NCBI GenBank assembly: GCA_010909165.1
Contig: VJWM01000044.1
Location: 806,001-870,000, forward strand
Direction: 5' to 3'
Length of the DNA stretch: 64,000 nucleotides
From: Anthoceros angustus
Lineage: Eukaryota > Plantae > Anthocerotophyta
Part shown: positions 37,184-46,800 of the stretch, one piece after another
How positions within the stretch are numbered: position 1 is the stretch's first letter
Layout: each line of letters starts with the position of its first letter
The notes under the pieces: model-generated
Told to the model about the DNA's origin: nothing
Seen by the model: only the letters and a program-made list of their open reading frames with translations
Database searches by the model: none
Translations under genes and position numbers: made by a program

Positions 37184-40100
37184 AACACGATAATTTTTGA
37201 AGGGGGTGAATAATCTCGAAGAGGGTTTTCTGCAAATAATCTCTGAAGGGGGTTTTTGATGGGCTAAAACAGTTGAGAAGGCATTGAAAAAGCGGCTCGA
37301 AAAAAGGGTGTCACGCGATGTTACTACTTTCCATCCAACAATGTTTGTGGGGAATGGTGGTCGTGGCTTCGAACCTAGGGAATAATGCAAAGTAGGAGCG
37401 GTGAGGGCGGGCGGCCGTTCTGCCGGGAAAAAGACGGTAGCTTCGATTTTGGGAGAAAAATGTGGTTTAGGAAGGACACAACAAAAGCCCACGTGTTCCC
37501 ACGTACATTAACGTAAGAACAGGACTTACAAAATTAACTGGGACCCGGTAAAAAATGAAATTTCATTTTCACTCATCCCCAGAGTTCAATCCTTCGTCAT
37601 CACCGGGTCCGACTTCTCACATTGTCATCACTATCTTAATGCTGACTCTTGCGGGTTATATGAAGCCACGCAACTCATGAGCTTATCCCTTATCGCTTTT
37701 GTCCACCGCATATAGATGTTTCCGTCGTTCAACACAAACCCATAGTATGTGATGACGTTTTCATTCACAAATACCTCCCGTATGTTTTCGGTAATGGACC
37801 TTATTCCTTTTTCCTCTCATTGGACCGGATGGTTACCACCACAGCGGACTATGTATTCTGCACATATCTCCCTTCATACGCATCCGTGTGGTCGGTCCGA
37901 TACCATGGAGAAGAAAGTGAGGTCGTGGCGCTTTTAGCTTCACGTCAATGACCTCCCATTCCGAGCGGCGGTGCGTCGTAGCCGACAGGCGCGCCGGACA
38001 CATCCCCTCGGCCCGTTATGGCCGGCGGCGCCACCATCCACGCTGCGGAGCGGGTGGGCGGGCGGCCGGCCGGCACCCTCGCCAGCGCACCACCGAGGAG
38101 GCCCAACGGTGGCGCGTGGAGGGCGGGCGCCGGCCGGCCGCCCGCCGCCGCACATGTCGGGCGCCGCCGGCGGCCGTCTACCACCCGCCGGGATACCGAC
38201 GGTGCCGCGTGGGGAGAGCGCCGGCGGTGTCGGGCGGGCGCCGCCGGGCGTCGCCTCTGCGCACCACCCGTCGGGATACCGACGGGTGCCTGCGTGGGGA
38301 GAGCGCCGGCGGCCGCGCCACGCCACCCCTAGGGTGGCGGCCCGCTGGCAGTGTATGCCCTCTGCGCACCACCCGCCGGGCCACCGACGGTGCCGCGTGG
38401 GCGCCGGCGCCGCCGCCCCTCCGTCGCCATCCGTCGGGGCCCGGCGGGTGGCGCGCGGCCGGCGCCATCATGGTGGTGCCGCCCGGCGGCCGTCCGACGC
38501 CCTACCTCGCGCGCCACCCGTAGGGCCTCTCGAGTCGGCGTGGAGGGAGGCGCCGCCGGCCGGCGCCTCCACGGCACCACCATGATGGCCACATACGGGT
38601 AGTCGCGGCGCCGGTGGCGCCCGGCCCGCTCAGTGATACACTCGGGAGCCACAAGCGGGTGGCACGCAGAGGGAGGCGCCGCCGCCGGGCGCCGCGCCAC
38701 CCGTTTTAATGAGAATGCGCGAGGGATGACGGCGTTGTTGCAATAGCTGTTCCTTTCGTGGAAAAGTATAGGATATTCTTCGCTGACCATTCGGATTGCA
38801 TGCAGCAATTGAAGGATGTGGAGGTCTTGTCGAAACTTCCCGAGGAGTTTCGCCATTTCATATTTGAGATCAATAATTGGAAGGGCTTGGAGAATGAGCA
38901 GCGGGCTTTAGCAGACAAGGACTTGCAAGAGGGACTCCACGTTTTCAACGTTCCATCGACTGAAAAGCAGGTCCAGTACCAGATCGAAGGACGTAATGTT
39001 CTTGACATGCGTGGTTATCTGCGGGGAAGGAGATACACTTTGCTTGTCATGGACGTCCCCCGTGGCTTTGACATCGGTCCTATGGACAAGCGCATGGATT
39101 TGGCCATGTTGGGAACAGTTTTTCAGAGTTTTGAAGAGAAGACCACCAGCGAGGAGTTCAGGCTTATCGTCTTGCATGGAGTTGAAGAAGCCCACACAGT
39201 CAGGGAGTCTATGCGGAAATTGTGTGGGAAGGGAGGCATGGTGTCCTTCATCTGGGACAAGACAAACATGAATAATGACAGAGGCGGATTTGAGACTATC
39301 GAGTACGTGACAGTGGGATGGTGTCTAAAAGCAGGTTGTGCGAGAGACTGGGTTCCTATGATGCCTAACGCCATGCATGGGACTTTCAACAATGGAAGGA
39401 CAGTTATTGGGCACCATGCGTCAAGTCGGGTCCACCTATCGCACGACAAGCTGGTGGTATGCCCTTACCAACGCCCGCTAGGCCTTATGACAAAACTTGT
39501 CAAAACATTCTCCAGGGAAGGATATTGGGTTGTGGATGCTTGTGCAGGGAGCGGCACGACAACATTGGCAGTACTGTTATGTGGCCGGAACTGCATTGCG
39601 ATTGAAGCCGATTTGAGGTGCGCGGGGTACATTGAACAACGCATACATGGTGTACAAGTCCTACCCGGAGGAAGAGCTAACGTTCGAGCCGCATCGCAGG
39701 GTCCATCGATTACGGGCAAAGGAGGTTTGCATAAGTGAGAAGGATTGCCTTACGGCCAAGTGGTTGCATTGAGTGCCAGAAGGTTGAAGACCACGAGTGG
39801 CGACCTTTTGGATGAGGGTCAGCAAACCCTAGATGCTGTGTGGCAGTCCACACCGTCAGACAATGGGCCCAGGAATGATACTATCGAAGACGAGCAAGCA
39901 ATGGAGGAGAACGATAACTTTGAGGCGGAAGATATGGACCGCCTCCGGAATATGGCGGTGGTTCTTGACTCAGTGTCGGTGCAAGGCATGGATGAGTCCC
40001 CAGGCCGCACTCTTCAATGAGTATTGTCGATGCCGATGACCACTCCCTCCTTTAGTAGATGTTTGTTGCAATGTTGTTACGACGATTAAAATGGGACTCC

Positions 40101-40413
40101 CTCTAGTACAGGATTGTTTTTATTGTGTTCCACCACTTCAAAGTAAAAGTTTTCGGTTGTACTAAACATATGAAAATGGCAGCCCTCTAAACATTCTACA
40201 AAAATGCAGACGGGCCCGCACCCTACTGTGCTCCATTTCTAGGGTGTTCACTTGAAAGTGTGGCATTTATCACTGGTATGACCTCAGAAAGGGTGTGTGC
40301 ATTATCAAAGTAGGGCTAATACGCTGTTTTAGGTAAGGTGTTCTTCGTGACAAGGGGGTGCTGTGTCGACCGAAGGGGGTTAGTATATTCCCCCCTTCAA
40401 AAATTATCGTGTT
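37184..40413. mobile_element. ~3.2-kb TIR DNA element carrying a DNA methyltransferase ORF; no transposase recognised
   Basis: Left end AACACGATAATTTTTGAAGGGGGTGAATA; right end TATTCCCCCCTTCAAAAATTATCGTGTT (inverted match). AAGGGGGT subterminal motifs. Flanks are A-rich, so the TSD is ambiguous. Confidence 0.78.
38758..39738 (+). CDS. Beta-class N4-cytosine/N6-adenine DNA methyltransferase-like ORF (N6_N4_Mtase); 5' end unresolved, possibly decayed
   Basis: Motif IV-like LLVMDVPRG (DVPR at 39052-39063) precedes CPYQRPLGLMTKLVKTFSREGYWVVDACAGSGTTTLAVLLCGRNCIAIE (motifs X, I, II). Intronless. The same frame resumes after the TGA (39745-40020). Confidence 0.8.
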   Translation: MEKYRIFFADHSDCMQQLKDVEVLSKLPEEFRHFIFEINNWKGLENEQRALADKDLQEGLHVFNVPSTEKQVQYQIEGRNVLDMRGYLRGRRYTLLVMDVPRGFDIGPMDKRMDLAMLGTVFQSFEEKTTSEEFRLIVLHGVEEAHTVRESMRKLCGKGGMVSFIWDKTNMNNDRGGFETIEYVTVGWCLKAGCARDWVPMMPNAMHGTFNNGRTVIGHHASSRVHLSHDKLVVCPYQRPLGLMTKLVKTFSREGYWVVDACAGSGTTTLAVLLCGRNCIAIEADLRCAGYIEQRIHGVQVLPGGRANVRAASQGPSITGKGGLHK

Positions 40414-41553
40414 AAAAACAACAACTTTATTTATGTCCACGGAGGATGGAAGGACCATCATGGGGCAACAAGTTTGGTGTTTGATATAGATGTTCACAAC
40501 ACACTTATAAATTCATTCAAGTTAGGGTTAGGGTACCGCAATTTTGATCATTATATCATTGGTTTGAACTTAAACCACTATCCTACAACGAGTTTGGTGT
40601 TTGACATAGATGTTCACAACATACTTATAAATTCATTCAAGTTAGGGTTAGGGTACCGCAATTTTGATCATTACCGCGTTTTTTTGATCATTATAGCCTT
40701 TCCACAACATGAGAGACAATCTCACTCCCAAAGTGAAAAAGACATGAAAAGAAAAATTATTCTCGAATCTGGGTCTATGCCAAGAAAATGCCAAGAGTAC
40801 CACAATGTTGATCATTACCGCGTTTCTTTCATCATTACTTGTACCATGGTATGTCCCAATGGCATACGCCAAATGGACACACATTTATACATAGATGTTC
40901 ACAACGTTCATTCAAGTTTGGGTTAGGGTACCACAATGTTGATCATTACCGCTTTTCTTTGATCATTACTTGTACCATGGTGTGTACAAATGGCATAGGC
41001 CAAATGGACACACATTTATAACGTCGCAGGATTAAGCATCGTGCGCTTAGATCGGTACTTAGATGGGGTGCTTGAAGGGAGTGGATGCCCTTGGTGCAAG
41101 TCAGTGGTACCATTCGTCCTTAGTGGACTTAAATAAAATTCTTCTTCTTCTTCTTTCCGCATCATGAGAGACAATCGCATTCCCAACGTGAAAAAAACAT
41201 GAAAAGAAAAAATTAGAGACAATCACAATTCCAACGTGAAAAAAACATGAAAAGAAAAAATTAGAGACAATCACAATTCCAACGTGAAAAAAACATGAAA
41301 AGAAAAATTATTCTCGTTTGCCTGGAATCGAACCCGGGTCTAGGCCGGTCTCCAGGACAATCGCATTCCCAACGTGAAAAAAAACATGAAAATAAAAATT
41401 ATTCTCGTTGCCTGGAATCGAACCCGGGACTAGGCCGGTCTCCAGGACAATCGCATTCCCAACGTGAAAAAACATGAAAAGAAAAATTAGAGACAATCAC
41501 AATCCCAACGTGAAAAAAACATGAAAAGAAAAATTATTCTCATTGCCGGGAAT

Positions 41554-41644
41554 CTCGTTGCCGGGAATCGAACCCGGGTCTAGGCCGGTCTCCGGGTCGT
41601 GGACGATCCCGACCTACGTACTCAAACCACTATACTACAACGAG
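41554..41644 (-). ncRNA. tRNA-Asp-derived 91-nt tRNA-like gene, copy A
   Basis: CTCGTTG TA GTATAGTGGTTTGAGTAC G TAGGTCGG GATCGTCCACGACCCGGAGA CCGGCCTA GAC CCGGG TTCGATT CCCGG CAACGAG. Perfect acceptor and T stems, A and B boxes. Confidence 0.7.
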
Positions 41645-41762
41645 TTTGGTGTTCAACATAGATGTTCATAACATACTTATAAATTCATTCAACTTAGGGT
41701 TAGGGAATCATAATTTTGATCATTACAACATTTGATTGGTCATTATAGTCTGTAAAATTATT

Positions 41763-41853
41763 CTCGTTGCCGGGAATCGAACCCGGGTCTAGGCCGGTCT
41801 CCGTGTCGTGGACGATCCGGACCTACGTACTCAAACCACTATACTACAACGAG
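41763..41853 (-). ncRNA. tRNA-Asp-derived 91-nt tRNA-like gene, copy B
   Basis: Same fold as copy A; followed by AATAATTTT (TTTT at 41754-41757, Pol III terminator-like). Confidence 0.7.
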
Positions 41854-43536
41854 TTTGGTACTCAAACCACTTTACTAGAACGAGTTTGGTGTTCAACATA
41901 GAGGTTCATAACATACTTATAAATTCATTCAACTTAGGGTCAGAGTATCATAATTTTGATCATTACAACATTTGATTGGTCATTATAGTCTTTTAGCATC
42001 ATGAGACAAAATTGTACGCCCAAAATGAAACAAAAAATTATTCTCGTTATCAGGGATCAAACTTGTCCAAGCTGGGCACATTTCAATCCTTTTAGCCACA
42101 TGAGAGACAATACATCCCTTTTAACCTTGTGAAAGAAATTCAACAACAATTATTATAACTTTATTTATGTCCGCTAAGGGTGGAAGCACTACCATGGGTC
42201 AAAAATGGTACAACGTAAAAGAGGTGGAAGAAACTAGTACGTCTAAACTAGAGAGAAAGAAGTAGCAACTAAGAAAGTGTTGTAACATAAGAAAAATTTG
42301 GAAAAAGAATTGCATTACAACCCTTTAGCCTCATCAGAGAAAATAGCGCTATGACCTTGAAAACAAGGTTATTCTCATTACTGAGAATCAAACCTGAACT
42401 CAGAATCAAACCAGGGTCTGGGTCGTGGATGACCCGACCTCCGTACTTAAACCACTATATTACAACAACAACAACTTTATTTAGATTCATTAACAACGAC
42501 TTTGGTGTACCATGTAGATGCTCATAACGTACTTATAAGTTATACAAGTTTGAGTTTAATTTTTTGCCTCACTTAAGAACTTTGCCCTCCCAAGATAACA
42601 TGAAAAGCAAATATGAGACTATAAAATTATTTTCGTGGAATCGACTCCGGGTCTAGCCGGTCTTCGACTCATGGACGATCCGACCTACGTACTTACTGAG
42701 CACATATACAGCAACGAATTTGGTGTTCTATGTACATGTTAATGACATACTTGTTTCTTGAAGTTCATGCACGTTCATTTAAGTTAGATTAGGGTATTTC
42801 ATGTTTGATTTAATTCACAATTAATGTAGATGTTCATGACATACTTGTTCTTGAAGTTGATGCAAGTTTATTTAAGTTAGATTAGGGTATTCCATATTCA
42901 ATAATTGATGAAGATGTTCAAGACAGACAAGTTCATTCAAATTAAGTGTGCACTACAAATTAAGTTAGAGTTAGGGCATTGCTTGTTTAAATTTGATCAT
43001 GATTGTTGAAAATTTACGAGATACATAACGTCATGTGGTAAAGTATGATGAGTCAGTTTACCAATTAAGCGAAGTATGAGAACATGTTTCATGTTGTGAG
43101 TAAAGTGATAGGACTTTCTCCACAATATGATCATGCTTGAAGGAGCAAAAGTGAAACAATATAATTTAGTTTCGTTGCTAGGAATCAAACCCTGGTATGT
43201 CTCCAGGTGCTGGAAGATCCGGTCTCTGTACTTGAACCATTCGCACTAAGAGTTTGATATTCTTGGTAGAGAGATAAAATATATGTTCATGGCATACTTA
43301 AAAATCTAAGTTAGGTGAAGGTGCAAGTTTGAGTACTATCACAATAGTCCTTTTAGTATGTGGGTCATGGATGATGTTGCCTATGTACTTAACCACCCAC
43401 CATACTAGAAGAATTTTGATATTTTTTGTGGATGTTTACAGCACACTGAATTCTATTATTTAAATTAGGGTTAGGATATATCACATTTGAAATTTATGGA
43501 GATTGCTGCGGAAGTTCACGATATAATTTTTCACGG

Positions 43537-43590
43537 CATACTTTTTGGTGATTACATACTTTTTGGTGATTACATACTTTTTGGTGATTA
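43537..43590. repeat. 18-bp tandem repeat x3 (CATACTTTTTGGTGATTA)
   Basis: Directly visible. Confidence 0.85.
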
Positions 43591-43872
43591 TAAACCTTCG
43601 CGACATACTTATAACTTTGTTGAAGTTGGTTGCTAAGATAACATGATGTAGGCGTAGGTATAATGTACATGTGTCAGTGACGAAAAGTACCGTGTTGGAA
43701 AACTTTGTCCAGCTTTCAATACACCGGCTAAGTAGACGTGCTCTGAGAATTTTGTCGAGACAAACGAGCTTAGGTAGTGAGTAAAGATATACATCAAAGA
43801 ATTTGAGTCGGCACTGGCATCCGTTTCACCGAAGGCTCAGCTCAATACAGCACAGGAGTGTCTGTTACGAAT

Positions 43873-46800
43873 TCAGGTAGACGAGCTGCTTCTCCTCTTC
43901 CTCCTGAGATTTCGCACCGCTTTTATGCCTGGATCTGTCACGGGTTCGTTGTCCCAGTCTTGGAAAGCAGCAGAACTGAGTTCTGAAGTCCGTATGGGAT
44001 CACTTGCTATATCCTCGACAGAAAGGATTGCAGCATTCCCAGCGTCCCTCTCCACGGGTTGGTCCATGGCTGAGTTCGCAGCGTCCTGATCCACAGGCTG
44101 GTCAAAGCCTGAGTTCGCAGCTTCCTGGTCCATGGCAGACTTCATGGCTGAGTTCGCAGCTTCCTGGTCCATGGCAGACTTCATGGCTGAGTTCGCAGCT
44201 TCTTGGTCCATGGCAGACTTCATGGCTGAGTTCGCAGCTTCCTCATCCACAGGCTGGTCCATGGCTGAGTTCGCAGCTTCCTCCTCCACAGGCTGGTCCA
44301 CAAGGACAGCGGCTGACTCACGGGGGATGGCATCGCTGGTAGGCCTCTGCCCTCTTCGACTAGAACGCAGCACACGGTCGCTACCAGCTGCTGGATCCTG
44401 TTCCAGCTCCTTCTGCGGTGCTGTTTTAACCTTCTTGGGAGCCTTGGGTATAGTTGCTTTCCTCGCCTTCCGCTTTTTCCCTGGCGAGGTCTGACTAGAG
44501 GGAAGATCTACCATCTCGTCTGAGAGTTTCCCCGTGATAGCACGGACAGCCTTCTGGATGCGGGTGCTCCGGATCTTGGCGAACCGCTGATTGAAAGAGT
44601 AGAAGGCATCGAGGCGGAGTTGTGTCTGATTTCAAGGAGCAGCAATAACAACAGATGTGAGACGGATTTCCCAGCAAAGTGATGGCATGGAATGTCAAGT
44701 CAGATTAGCCACACTCGTCAATTACCTCACGGCGGTCGTACTCTTTGAGGACTGGCAGCAACAGCTCATCCGATTTCGCTTTGTTCCACGAGAAGCGTTC
44801 AGCACACATCCTGCGAACCCCCAAGGGACTACAGCGTAAGTCCTGAAATTCCCTGCGTGCTTCTGGCTACACTGATTCAGCAACTGAAGTACCCACTTCC
44901 GGAGAGCATCAAGATCTGGTCGTCCCCAGCTGAACGATTCTTGAGAATGGTCAACTTGCGGTTCTATGTATGCTGCCACAACAGCTTCACTCGGAAATGA
45001 TTCTGAAACAGTCCAGTTTTTGCTAACCGCTCGCTGCACAGCATTGAACGTTGTTTCCAGGCACGAAGGTGAACAAAAGCATGCATCCAGGACTCTCAAA
45101 CTTGCCGCAACATGTTGTGCAAGAGAAACAAGACGGTCCCAGTCTAAGAAATCCTTACGTGCTTTGACATAAACTGCTGTTGAAGTGCGCTTAGGCTGCT
45201 TTCCGCCTGGCCCAAGCCTGCGTCATCGCCTTCAACAGGCGTGCATCCTGCGTCAGCCTGCCCTTTCCTGCGCCTCTTATATTTCTGGGGCATCTGCTTT
45301 AGCAAAGATAAATCAGGCGAGTCAAGCCACTCCTTGAAAAGTTGGAGACCACTTTCCCCAGGGAAGGCATTCACCACTTCTATAGCATTAACAATGCCAA
45401 TCCCACTGCCCAAACCACATTAAGGAAATCTCAGAATCTGAACACTTAGTAAGACACAAACAGGAAGAAAGTGACCAGATTCAAAAGCGCTCAATGCTCA
45501 ATCATTGCTGACCTTATGCCCTCTGTATAGTCACTGCCAAGCAGCAAAGCCATTTGTATAAGCTTGTCTCTGCTTAATCCAAGTTCTGATTCAACGTCCT
45601 GTAGAAGCAAATCACTTGTCCAGCAAACGCTAAATCAAACGCAAAAGAGGCTCAAGAACCGAAAGCCTAATAAGCTCAACTGATCACCCACCTTCATGTG
45701 ATAAGTCTCCACGTACTTTCTATCATCAAAGATGTTCTTGTACACGTTCCTTCCACCGAAGAGGAACACATCACTGTCGTCTGTAACCACACCATCAACT
45801 AACCCAGAAGTATCCATGAATGCACACTGCGCCTCTGCTTCCATTGGCGCTATGATATACGGCAACCCGAACATCTGCAGTAGTTCCTGTCATCCACCAC
45901 CACAATTGTAATTCGAGCAGCAGACGTGCTCCTTAACCCGTTTCATTAACTAAATTCACAAAACTGATGCTCGTGACACAAAAATGACGAACTTGTGAAA
46001 AACTATAAACTCACTCACGCACTATGCATCTCTACCAACCCTCATGTCAGATGTCAAGGTGGCACATGACATACCTGACACTCAGCAAACATCTCTCCCG
46101 TTACATTGTCTGCATTGCGCTCATTTGTCTGCTGGGAGAACAATAACTCTGACTCCTCCCTCATGAGTGTCTCCCTCTCCATTTCCAAATTTAGTTTCTC
46201 TCTTTCCTGCTTGGCAACATCATTCGCATACATCTCGTCTGAGTACGTCATGACCTGTTTTCCTTTTTCCCGGTTACTTCTGTCCCTTGTACTGCAAGTG
46301 TTAAGTGAATCAAAGGCCTGAAAGTGAATAGTGTCCCTTTGAGAAACTTCGACCACCTCTAACTGTCCATCCATTCTCTGTGAACTGGGGGCCTCCGACA
46401 TCGGACTTGCTCTGTCATGGGACCCTAGTTGTGAAGGAGCCTTTGTCACTGGTACGTTGTCACCGGCAGTTGTTTCTGGCTTTCCAGGAATGCCCCCTCT
46501 TGAATCACCCGTGCCCCTCATGCTTGATGGCAGAAGCGGTACATCAGCAACATTCGTCTTACCATCAGAGAATCTAAGCAAGTCATCTTTCACATTGCCA
46601 TTGGCTTGCTCGAGACCTTTGTGACCTGCCCCTGCGACCTCATTTTCCAGCAAACTCATACCTACCGTGGGTTGTACATCTACATGACCTTCACAAGGAA
46701 CAGAAGGACCTCCAGCCTTTGGTTCCTCCTCCTCATCTTCCCACACTATGTCATGGTCAGTCCCATCTGCTATCCCCGATTCTGGGACTTTCAGGTTCAT

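Larger units (their letters stand above)
40470..43460 (-). repeat. Array of tRNA-like units and their upstream TATA/telobox spacers (right block)
   Basis: Repeated gagtttggtg...catacttataaattcattcaa(g/c)ttagggttaggg and ctcgttgccgggaatcgaacccgggtctaggccggtctcc; also ~48-bp gagacaatc...aacgtgaaaaaaacatgaaaagaaaaatta repeats. Confidence 0.85.

Noticed and set aside
37940-38856. Overlapping GC-rich ORFs
   Set aside because: Same low-complexity effect; no recognisable protein.
41554-41853. Canonical tRNA-Asp or intron-containing tRNA-Ser(GGA)
   Set aside because: No 7-nt loop with U33 and purine 37; the anticodon arm is abnormal, so it is called tRNA-like only.
40520-41940. Telomere (TTAGGGTTAGGG)
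   Set aside because: Only two units per repeat, embedded in spacers; telobox-like, not a telomeric tract.
36350-43460. CRISPR-like repeat/spacer array
   Set aside because: Eukaryotic context, degenerate units, non-unique spacers and no cas genes; explained as tRNA-like tandem repeats.
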